The notes below the pieces were generated by a model. It had not been told where the DNA came from. It saw only the letters and a list, made by a program, of their open reading frames with translations, and made no database searches. 52,351 bases of DNA from a virus (taxonomy: Duplodnaviria > Caudoviricetes). Position numbers and translations under genes: made by a program. The stretch covers positions 1 to 52,351 of the IMG/VR virus record IMGVR_UViG_3300017774_001562; one strand, 5' to 3'. Below, in pieces: positions 35,187 through 44,364 of the stretch (position 1 is the first letter of the stretch; the number at the start of each line of letters is the position of its first letter).

Positions 35187-35211
35187 AAAAAAAGAGGGGG
35201 TTTCCCCCCTC
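35187..35211 (-). terminator. Intrinsic terminator after the 2,604-aa gene
   Basis: GAGGGGG GAAA CCCCCTC followed by TTTTTTT. Confidence 0.9.
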
Positions 35212-35231
35212 AAAATATATGTATGAAAGAA

Positions 35232-38200
35232 TCAAGCTTGTGATTCAGTCCAAGTGATACGTGCAGTAACTTGAGTTTGACCGAAGTTAGTTGAAATTGT
35301 AGAAGGTACTGTAGTTACAACTGCAAGAGTTAGAATATCAGGACCGTTGGGGAATACATAGTCACCACCGAGAATGCAATTACCCATTTCAACTAGTTCT
35401 TCTAGTGCTTGTGTAATAGAAGCACCAGCAGCAGCACGGAATTCGAAGATGCTAATACCACCAGTAATGGTATCAACCGATTGTCCTGTATGCTTAATGA
35501 TTTGGCATAATGAAGGAGCACCGTAATTAGTGAAGTATGCTGACTGTGATAAGTTACCATTCAAAATCAAACGAATTGAAGTAGCATCTGTTCTTGCCGC
35601 AATTTGCGCTCCAGAAGAGTTAACTTCTCTTGGTTGAGCAACTAGACCACAAGAATTCAACTTTAGAATCATTCGGTTAATGAGATCTCTCTCACCGATA
35701 GGTCCAACAAGTGAAGTATCAACCGATGGAGCAAGGCGAATTGAAAGAATAGGCACAGCAATTCCAGAAGAAGATCCAGGTACGTTAACAGTATCAGATC
35801 CAGCAGATCCAGAAGCAACAGTAAAGAGATATGCTTTATCATCTTCAAACTTACCATCCATAATTACAGAAGCACCCCAATGGTAGAGTGAAGGAGCGTA
35901 AGTAGGATTATCTCCATTTTCAATTTCATAACGAGCAGGTAAGTTACCTGAGCGTAAGTAGGCTTCGTTTTCTTTATTATTATGCACGAAATCATGCACG
36001 TAGGTTACGATACCATTTTGATCTTTGAATCCAAAGCGAACCTTACCAGCGCCATACCAGGAATAATCCATGTATGCCATCTGCATTTTATTAATATTAA
36101 ATTTAAGTCCTGTTACACCATTACCATCACACTTGTCAATATTCCATTGTGTTTGTGGAATACGTAGATCTTCAGTTTTTGTCATAATAATTTTTGATCT
36201 AGTTGTGCCTCTATATGAAGGTGTAATATGAATAGAAGTATTAGAATCAACTGCAGTAACTTTATAAGACATACCACGAATTACAACTTTATCATTAATA
36301 GATAATTGCTTTGTAAACCTAGTATTAAGTCCAACAATAGCGTTACTCTTATATGTGGCGGAAACAGTTCCTCCCAGTTGAGAAGTTGAATTTCTTCTTA
36401 CACAATGTAATTGCTGACCATCATATTCAAAAAACATACCGTTTTGGTCGTCAAACATACCAGCACGAACTTTAGCATCACTCCATTCGTAAAGGAATAG
36501 TGCAGGGAATCCACTAGGATTTAAATCAGATGGGACACCATTAGTAGCATAGCGGAATGTAAACTGATCAATAACACTTTGCACAGTGAAGAAAAGTCCA
36601 CTGGATGGAGTAGTATACGGAGTTACAACACCACTTGTTACTTCCACATCTTGAATCATAATTTTATTAGATGTAGATAGTTTATGTGGTTTTCTAGTTA
36701 CAACTGTAGCATATGTTGTTCCGTCGTGAGTGATATTAGAAACATCAATTGATGGACTAAAGTTAATACCAGTTGAATACTGTAAACCTTTACCTGATTG
36801 ATAACGGAAGTATCTTCTTGTTTGTCTAGTAATCGTTACTCCAGGCGCTCTCGCAGGAGAAATTTCAACACCACCGTCAAATGATCTATGAAGATTGAGA
36901 CAATCTGGTCTTACAAACAGTTGAGTTTCATAGACAAATGGTATTGCCTGTAGAATACCATCTCTGATGTTGGAAGTATTTTGGTTTAGGTAGTAGTTTG
37001 CTCCACTTAATACACTATCTGCTGAAAGCACACCAGTTGATTGATAACGAATAAACGAGCTAGAGCAATAGGTAGCAGCAACCAAGTAGTGATTGAAACC
37101 TTGACCTGTTGAACTTAGATCAATAAATTGGAATGTGAGAGAGTTTGCTAGGGTAGTAGCAAGACGAATTACATCATCATTGATTTTAATTACGAAATAA
37201 GTAGAACCTTCAGTTAATCCACCAATAGCATTACCAATACCAAAACCAGCAGAATAATAAACTTTAACACCAGTATTTAATCCGTGATTTGGAATATAAA
37301 TTTCATCTCTTTCCGCTGAAATAACTGGAGTTAATAGACCAGATACTGCAGTTACGGTTGTTTGCGGATTGAAAGTAATCTGACGAGTTGGGTATGGGTC
37401 AGAAACAATCATATCAGAATCATTGTTTACTGCGACAACATTCATTTCAAATACATAACCTTCATACTTTTCAAAACGATGTGCAGTACCAGTACCGTTT
37501 CCAGTAGGAATAAGTTGATCAACTCCTGTACCAGAAGACCCACCAATAAATGCACCAGCAGCAGAACTATGAATAGTAAATTCACTAGCATTAATTACGT
37601 TTATATAATATAAAGTATTAGCTGTCATACCTGTGTATGGCAGTTGAGGAAGTTGAGAGACATATTCCTGCCAGTTGCCATTAGTAGCTTGGTGCCATCC
37701 GCCTTGAGCATCTAATTTATATACAACACCATCACCAGTACTTAACCCGTGGTTGCTGATAGTAAAAATACCAGTAGTAGTATTTGCAACAGTAGTGCCA
37801 GAAAATACCAAAGTTTTGATTGGCATTTTACTAGACAACTTAACTGTATCTCCACCTCTATATTGAGCAAGGAATTTGGTTGTATATGAGGGGAGTGGTG
37901 AAAGAATCATCCAGTTAACGTTTGCTTGACCGACAGAATCATTCACTGGTTGCTGAGCTGCGTTAGCAACGAAAGATGTAGATCCTGGAGGTGTAGCACC
38001 AGCGACCGACATATAATGGTTGTTTCTGAATAGAACTACGTCACCATATACATAAGAGTCAGAGTTATTCCATTCACCTTTAAAGGTTGTACCTCTCATT
38101 GTTGGGTTTGTAACCTTAAACTGGTGAAGTGTGCTTGTGCCAACTCCCAGGATGTCAACAAGGTCAGTGTTTGTGTAAGCACCTACCCAGGTATTGTGTA

Positions 38201-41200
38201 ATGAGAATTGATTTAATGCTTGACCAGTTGCTGCTCCACCTTTTCCAAGTGTGTTTGTGTTTACGTTGTTGCAAATAAAATATTGTCTACCAGAAACTAA
38301 ACCATTAATTTGTCTTCCATTACCCCATACTTGATAAACTACTCTGTCGCCAGTAATAAAACCGTGTCCATTAAATACAATTCTATCAGTCGCTGCTAAT
38401 ATATTAGAAACTGAAGAAGCATTTACAATAATGTCTCTAGCAACAATTGTAGCAAGACCATTACCGAGAGACTCCCCTGTTATTTGAGAAGTAGTTAAAG
38501 TATGTCCAGCATTTGTTGTTCCTGTCGTTGAATAATTCTGAATTGCAATCCCATTAACAGCATCTTGCTTAGTATAAGCAAGTTGGAACATATCAAGGTT
38601 TCTACGGATAGCATAGTAAGTGCCAGAAACAAACGAAGATCCAGCAGGACTTCCGCCAGTTGTGGTGTTATTAACCGTTACTGATCCAACAGTTGATGAA
38701 ACAACTTTAAATGTACCGTTATAACCGTTAACAGAAGAACCACCAACCGTAACACCATAAACATTTACAGTTTGATTGGGGACAATATCAAATGGTGAGA
38801 ATGAAAGAGTAGCAAAATTATAAGTTACTGTAGTTCCAGTTGTTGTAATACTAGTAATTTGCAAATCATATAAAGCATTATAACCAGCTCTTGGGTTGGT
38901 ATTTCCAGAAGATCTACCAATTTCAAAAATAACTCCATTCTTAGAGTAATTAACTCTTGTGCCAGTTGTTAATCCGTGGTCTTGATAGAAAAATGTTCCT
39001 GTCTTTAAATCTGTATTTTTAGCAGGGTCAAACGTGATAACACGATTATTAATAGTATTTCCTGGATCGAATGTCATTTTATAATCAGACACCGTAGAAG
39101 CATCATAAGAACCGTCAATTGTTCCAGTTGATGAAACATTTACTAATTTATGGGTGCCACTTGCCGTTGAAGCAAGAGGTACTGAATCATAGTATTGCAC
39201 AAAAGACCAACTGCCAGTGCCAACGGCAGTAATATCAATTGGAAATCCAGCAAAAGCAGCAGCTCTAGAATGTGCCAATTTAAAGTTATTGGCATCTATA
39301 GGAATAGCAAAATAAAGTTGAGCGTTTGCTGCTTGGCTGGTAACATTAATAAGAGTGTTATTAATTGTTCCTGATGTCGATAAAGCAGAAATAGCAACAG
39401 TTTCGCCAATTCTTAAACCGTGATTAGTTAAGCTCCATGTATCAGTAGTAGCATTAGCAGATGCGACCAGCACACTGAATGACCGTGGAGTAGAAGTATC
39501 TCTTACTTGTAATTGGAAACTTCCAAATACACGATATAGAGTAATTTCTGCTGGAATTGCAGTTGCAGTTGTGCCTGCATATCCTCTTTGTACGGTAATA
39601 GTATTTCCACTTATTCCTGTAATTAACAATCTTTCTCTTAAATATGCACCAGTAAATAATGTATTTCCAATCTGTAAAGAACTACCAATAGTAGTGTTTA
39701 AAGTTAATACCGTAGCATCAGCATCATGATTAATTGTAGTGAATAATCCAGTAGCAAGTATTGTGGAATCACTTACATTTCTCACCGAAAATAGATTTCC
39801 GTTGACAAGACCAGGAGCACCTGTATAAGCACTACCAATTTCTGTTGCTCCAGTACTTTCGTAACGAACAACATCTCCTTCAACTAATGTTTGTGATTCT
39901 ATAGGTAAGAAAATTCTATTGCCAGCAGGATTAGCAACCGCAGTATTTGCAAATTTTACTTTGGTAACACCATATGGACCACTGACTGAAGTAGTTGCCT
40001 GTGATTGCGTACCAGTAATTGTCATTTGAACTGTTGGTTGTCCAGTTGGAAGAGTTGATGCACTATAAGTTTGCACTTTAAAAATGTCATCAGTAGTGGG
40101 CACCATATAATAAATAGTGCCACTACTCAATCCTGAAATTGCAGTTGATTGTGTTAATGTAGCATTAACTCTAGGCCAATTGACTCCTGTTATATCAGTA
40201 ACATAGTCAAATAGAGGTCCAGGGAATCCAGTAGTAGCAGGGAAAACTGCTTGTGTATCTGTAGTACCACCAGTGAAAGAACCAGAAATACTATAATTAG
40301 TTCTCTGTCCAGAAATACCACCGTGATTTGGTAGATAAAAACTATTCGAATATTGGTTTTCAGAAATTCTTATACAAATAAATTTACCACCAGCAGCAGC
40401 ACCAGAAGTAGCAGCACCAGTAAAATTAATTGATGATCCTGTTTCTGAAAGTGTTAGTGAAAATTCTCCAACGTTAGATGGACCTAAGTTAACTAATGTT
40501 CTCGCAAAATATTTTTGGAATGAAGAATAAGTGTTTGGAGTTTCAGTTGTGCCACTAGGCATTGCAGATCCTGTACCATTTTTAATAATAATTTCTGCTT
40601 TCTCTGTCATGTAAGTAGGCAAATTAGCATATGCTGTTAACACTCTATCGCGTCCACCACCGCTACCGCCAGCAGCTGCTGTAAATTGACTTACTGTAAA
40701 TCCAGGTTGAATTTGATAAATACCACCCGCCCAGGTATTAGCAGTTGAGAAGTTTACTCTCGTTGTTCCTGTTGCTCCATATGGACCTTGACCAGAAACT
40801 GATTCTGCTGTGCGAAGTTCAAATACATCTTTGTTGGTTGGCTCTGCGTAGTAAATTACCGTTGCAGATGCAGATTCTACAGGAGCATTAGCGCCGCCAG
40901 TCCAAGTGTTACCACCACCAATAAACATAATCGGTACACCAGATACCAAACCATGGTTTTTAATAAAAATTCCATCTGATGAAATAGTTTCACGAGTAAA
41001 CATTTTTCCAGTTATCGAGCACCAATCGTGTATAGAAACGCGATTGTGATTTAACCATGAAGTGGACCCATCGTGAATTTGAGCACGAATACCTGAGCGG
41101 AATACTTTAACTACAGCTGCTCCTACAGTGCCACCTATAGTAAGTGCAGTAACTGCAACGGATGGATTTGTTGAAGATAAAGTAATTGAAGTAGCAGTAA

Positions 41201-43046
41201 CAGCAGACACGAAATAATTTGTGTTAATCGCTACGCCTGTCAATGACCCTACATTACTAAACCTTACAACCGATCCAACACGAGTTGGCAAATCTCCATC
41301 ACCAAGATTACTTAAAGTAGATACAGTTAATGCTGATCCACTAGCAGCAGTGATTGTTGGTGAAAAAGTATTCTCAAAAGTTTTATTTCTAATAAGTGTG
41401 TTTGTAGTAGCAGCAGTTCCTGATAATGAATAAGTTACTGAAGCAGTTTGATTTACAAAAGAAGCTCCATTGCTATTTGTTGGACCTTCCATAATGAAGA
41501 AGGTATCAGTTTCTCTCCAGTTTTGACTTGTAAATCCAGGAGCTTGTGGCACTGCCTTAACAACATAAACACCATCTAAACTAGAAATGCCAGTATCACT
41601 TAGCGTAATTTGACGCTCTGGGAATATTCCCATCTGCTTATTGGTTTTTCCGTTGAAAGATATTCTAATTTCAGATTGTCCGTTAATGGTCTGAATACCA
41701 TTGATATTTGTTTCAATATCATAACCTCTGCTATTAAATAACGAGAATGTTAATGTGCCAGTTCCAGCAGCAGCAAAATCAACCAAATTAGTGTTATTAT
41801 AAGCATCTTGTGGGTTTGATGCTAGTTTAAAATTATCTGCATCAATTACGTTAACATAAAGGAAAGATGAAGCTTGCGCTCCTGTTCCATTATTGTAGAT
41901 GGGAAGAGATCCCGCAGCAATATTAAATCTACCAGTAGTAACTGCGCTAATAGTTGGGTGTGATCCAGTAGATCCTAAGTATGTAATTGGGTCGCCTGTT
42001 ACCAAACCATGGTTAGGAATAGTTATAAAATCAGTAGAAACACTAATTGAAGTAGCTGCATCAATTACACGAAGAGATGTACCAACGTGGAAAGGTTCAT
42101 ATGGATTAAAATCGCCAGTGTCAAGACCATAAGAAATTCTATCTTCAACATTACCACCACTAGTAATTGATCCCGCAGAAAATGTTACTGATTGATTTGC
42201 TAAGGTGTTAGTCAAATAGAAAGGAGATCCAACTTTAAATCCATGCTTATATGGAGTAGTAACGGTCAATCTACTACTAGTAGCATTGTCGGTAACTACA
42301 GGACCTTCATCAATAGCAACACTATTGTCAGTAGGAACTTGCGATTGTACGTAAAAACGACCAACAGTAATAGTTACATAAGCAGTATTAATACTTACTG
42401 GCACCGCAGCAGATCCTGGTTGTGTGCTTCCTGTTATAAAAGTAAAGGTTAAATCTGTTGTTTTGCGTACTAAAAATGTGCCTTCTGCGGTAACACTATC
42501 CAAACCACGAACATCAATAGGAATACCAGAAGTTAATCCGTGTGGAGAAGAAGTTGTTACTGTAACATTTTTAGTCCCATTACAGGTTACATCTACAATA
42601 TTTGATAAAGGAGTATCTCCTGTTATTGAATAATATCCAGGAATATTATTCACTCTTTCTAGTGTTTCCCACTTGGTTGCTTGAAGACCATATTCGAAGT
42701 CAGTATCAATAAGAGTATTTGGCTCTGATATACGGAATTTGGATACTGGGTCAAGCAGAGTATCTACTGGCTTAATTTCAACACCATCTTCCTCAAGGAA
42801 AATTTGTAGAACGTCAGAGTTTGACATTCCAGTGGTATCATAGTTTAGAAAAACTATAGTTTTATCAGTTAGTGCGTTGTATTGCACCGCAGTTGCTTTC
42901 AGCGCAGCATCACCAACGTTATAGATAACGATGTTTGCCGTCGCGTTATTAATTAGAAGTAATCTTTTGAAGTTGACATTACCATTTAATGTAATCTGCT
43001 TGGCAGCTTTATCAAATGAATAGTCAAATGCTAATTTTCTTGCCAT
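35232..43046 (-). CDS. Giant virion structural/appendage protein (2,604 aa) with about 11 xHG(L/F)xxG repeats
   Basis: T/S/G/N-rich; repeated NHGLxTGDxVxY modules; C-terminal RQTRRYFRYQSGKG...YSWYGAG domain; in a late operon. Confidence 0.85.
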   Translation of the reverse strand: MARKLAFDYSFDKAAKQITLNGNVNFKRLLLINNATANIVIYNVGDAALKATAVQYNALTDKTIVFLNYDTTGMSNSDVLQIFLEEDGVEIKPVDTLLDPVSKFRISEPNTLIDTDFEYGLQATKWETLERVNNIPGYYSITGDTPLSNIVDVTCNGTKNVTVTTSSPHGLTSGIPIDVRGLDSVTAEGTFLVRKTTDLTFTFITGSTQPGSAAVPVSINTAYVTITVGRFYVQSQVPTDNSVAIDEGPVVTDNATSSRLTVTTPYKHGFKVGSPFYLTNTLANQSVTFSAGSITSGGNVEDRISYGLDTGDFNPYEPFHVGTSLRVIDAATSISVSTDFITIPNHGLVTGDPITYLGSTGSHPTISAVTTGRFNIAAGSLPIYNNGTGAQASSFLYVNVIDADNFKLASNPQDAYNNTNLVDFAAAGTGTLTFSLFNSRGYDIETNINGIQTINGQSEIRISFNGKTNKQMGIFPERQITLSDTGISSLDGVYVVKAVPQAPGFTSQNWRETDTFFIMEGPTNSNGASFVNQTASVTYSLSGTAATTNTLIRNKTFENTFSPTITAASGSALTVSTLSNLGDGDLPTRVGSVVRFSNVGSLTGVAINTNYFVSAVTATSITLSSTNPSVAVTALTIGGTVGAAVVKVFRSGIRAQIHDGSTSWLNHNRVSIHDWCSITGKMFTRETISSDGIFIKNHGLVSGVPIMFIGGGNTWTGGANAPVESASATVIYYAEPTNKDVFELRTAESVSGQGPYGATGTTRVNFSTANTWAGGIYQIQPGFTVSQFTAAAGGSGGGRDRVLTAYANLPTYMTEKAEIIIKNGTGSAMPSGTTETPNTYSSFQKYFARTLVNLGPSNVGEFSLTLSETGSSINFTGAATSGAAAGGKFICIRISENQYSNSFYLPNHGGISGQRTNYSISGSFTGGTTDTQAVFPATTGFPGPLFDYVTDITGVNWPRVNATLTQSTAISGLSSGTIYYMVPTTDDIFKVQTYSASTLPTGQPTVQMTITGTQSQATTSVSGPYGVTKVKFANTAVANPAGNRIFLPIESQTLVEGDVVRYESTGATEIGSAYTGAPGLVNGNLFSVRNVSDSTILATGLFTTINHDADATVLTLNTTIGSSLQIGNTLFTGAYLRERLLITGISGNTITVQRGYAGTTATAIPAEITLYRVFGSFQLQVRDTSTPRSFSVLVASANATTDTWSLTNHGLRIGETVAISALSTSGTINNTLINVTSQAANAQLYFAIPIDANNFKLAHSRAAAFAGFPIDITAVGTGSWSFVQYYDSVPLASTASGTHKLVNVSSTGTIDGSYDASTVSDYKMTFDPGNTINNRVITFDPAKNTDLKTGTFFYQDHGLTTGTRVNYSKNGVIFEIGRSSGNTNPRAGYNALYDLQITSITTTGTTVTYNFATLSFSPFDIVPNQTVNVYGVTVGGSSVNGYNGTFKVVSSTVGSVTVNNTTTGGSPAGSSFVSGTYYAIRRNLDMFQLAYTKQDAVNGIAIQNYSTTGTTNAGHTLTTSQITGESLGNGLATIVARDIIVNASSVSNILAATDRIVFNGHGFITGDRVVYQVWGNGRQINGLVSGRQYFICNNVNTNTLGKGGAATGQALNQFSLHNTWVGAYTNTDLVDILGVGTSTLHQFKVTNPTMRGTTFKGEWNNSDSYVYGDVVLFRNNHYMSVAGATPPGSTSFVANAAQQPVNDSVGQANVNWMILSPLPSYTTKFLAQYRGGDTVKLSSKMPIKTLVFSGTTVANTTTGIFTISNHGLSTGDGVVYKLDAQGGWHQATNGNWQEYVSQLPQLPYTGMTANTLYYINVINASEFTIHSSAAGAFIGGSSGTGVDQLIPTGNGTGTAHRFEKYEGYVFEMNVVAVNNDSDMIVSDPYPTRQITFNPQTTVTAVSGLLTPVISAERDEIYIPNHGLNTGVKVYYSAGFGIGNAIGGLTEGSTYFVIKINDDVIRLATTLANSLTFQFIDLSSTGQGFNHYLVAATYCSSSFIRYQSTGVLSADSVLSGANYYLNQNTSNIRDGILQAIPFVYETQLFVRPDCLNLHRSFDGGVEISPARAPGVTITRQTRRYFRYQSGKGLQYSTGINFSPSIDVSNITHDGTTYATVVTRKPHKLSTSNKIMIQDVEVTSGVVTPYTTPSSGLFFTVQSVIDQFTFRYATNGVPSDLNPSGFPALFLYEWSDAKVRAGMFDDQNGMFFEYDGQQLHCVRRNSTSQLGGTVSATYKSNAIVGLNTRFTKQLSINDKVVIRGMSYKVTAVDSNTSIHITPSYRGTTRSKIIMTKTEDLRIPQTQWNIDKCDGNGVTGLKFNINKMQMAYMDYSWYGAGKVRFGFKDQNGIVTYVHDFVHNNKENEAYLRSGNLPARYEIENGDNPTYAPSLYHWGASVIMDGKFEDDKAYLFTVASGSAGSDTVNVPGSSSGIAVPILSIRLAPSVDTSLVGPIGERDLINRMILKLNSCGLVAQPREVNSSGAQIAARTDATSIRLILNGNLSQSAYFTNYGAPSLCQIIKHTGQSVDTITGGISIFEFRAAAGASITQALEELVEMGNCILGGDYVFPNGPDILTLAVVTTVPSTISTNFGQTQVTARITWTESQA

Positions 43047-43070
43047 TTTAGTTTAATCCTCGTTTTAAAA

Positions 43071-43970
43071 TTAGAATCCGAATGTTAAAGCATAAGTCAG
43101 AGCTATACCCTTGACTGCCGCGATTTGAGCTGAAACGTTTGTTGTGTTATCACCTTGAGCAAATAATTCCCAGAAAGCGGGTGCTTGCTCGGGATCCCTT
43201 GCTCCACCATTAGCAATGGTGTATTCTTGAATATTTATAAACGCACTAGCGTTCTTAAATACCACATCACCTATAGCATAATCAGTAACTGCACTCCATG
43301 TGCCTCTCCACTTGAAACCAGATTGCACAAAATTCCATTTTGTTGCATCTGACGAAGGCACGATATTAGTGCTGCTAGTAATAGCAACATAAAGTGATCC
43401 ACCATATTGCACTACATCACCAGGCTTGTAAGCAGTTCCGCTTACCCAATATCCTTGAGGATATAATCCCTTAATTAATAATCCCCAATTTGTTGCACTT
43501 GATCCTGGAATAATATTTGTGTTTATGGTTTTTGATATAAATGTATATCCACCATATGAAACAATATCTCCATCTTGATATTCTGTTGTGCTACTCCAAG
43601 TATCTTCGAATTTTAATCCTTCAAGATAAACCGAGAATTTTGATTCTTCAAATGTACCAATTGATAAGTGTGGAGTAACACAAACATAAATGGTGTTACC
43701 ATAGGTAACCAATGAATTTAATTTATAGAATGTATTTGACGCCCAAACTCCTTGAGTTTCGTATCCAGGAACATGTAAGTTCCATCTTGTTGGAGTTGCT
43801 CCAATATCATTTGTATAAAATGCTGCCTCAGATGCGGCAGACGTATGGTTTACAACGCAAACATATGTGTTGCCACCAAATTTCACAATGTCATCAATTT
43901 CGAAAGCTGTGGTAGCAGCCCAAGCGCCTCTCCAATTAAATTTTAATCTGCCTAATCTGAAATCTGCCAT
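43071..43970 (-). CDS. Virion protein made of CBM5/12-like repeats
   Basis: Five repeats of GxWxxxxxYxxxDxVx(Y/F)xG; MADFRLGRLKF N-terminus. Confidence 0.8.
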   Translation of the reverse strand: MADFRLGRLKFNWRGAWAATTAFEIDDIVKFGGNTYVCVVNHTSAASEAAFYTNDIGATPTRWNLHVPGYETQGVWASNTFYKLNSLVTYGNTIYVCVTPHLSIGTFEESKFSVYLEGLKFEDTWSSTTEYQDGDIVSYGGYTFISKTINTNIIPGSSATNWGLLIKGLYPQGYWVSGTAYKPGDVVQYGGSLYVAITSSTNIVPSSDATKWNFVQSGFKWRGTWSAVTDYAIGDVVFKNASAFINIQEYTIANGGARDPEQAPAFWELFAQGDNTTNVSAQIAAVKGIALTYALTFGF

Positions 43971-43982
43971 ATTAATTACCTA

Positions 43983-44363
43983 TTACTTAGGACCTGTGTA
44001 TGTGAAGTTGTTGTTTAATCTTGCGACGATATAACCGTCTTCATCAATAAAATATCTTATTTTTTTGTCAAGAAATTTATACTGTTGATATTTATCGTTA
44101 GCATCATTTAAATCTCCCAATCCATTAATATTGTTTCTTTCTCTTCCTAGTGGAAAAGGCAAAACATAATCCTCATCTAACGCAGCGAATTCTCCATCAA
44201 TAGGTTCTTCGTGTACGTTGATAGTAATATTAGAAGTAGTATCTTCTAAGGTATAAATTAACATACCATCAGATGTTCTTCTAAAGGCGTGAAATTCTAG
44301 AAGATCAAATTGACTTCCAGATCCTCCACCACCACCAACTAAATTACTTAAATTAATAGCCAT
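43983..44363 (-). CDS. Hypothetical virion-associated protein
   Basis: FHAFRRTSDGMLIYT...YFIDEDGYIVAR; tightly packed in the fibre operon. Confidence 0.75.
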   Translation of the reverse strand: MAINLSNLVGGGGGSGSQFDLLEFHAFRRTSDGMLIYTLEDTTSNITINVHEEPIDGEFAALDEDYVLPFPLGRERNNINGLGDLNDANDKYQQYKFLDKKIRYFIDEDGYIVARLNNNFTYTGPK

Positions 44364-44364
44364 T

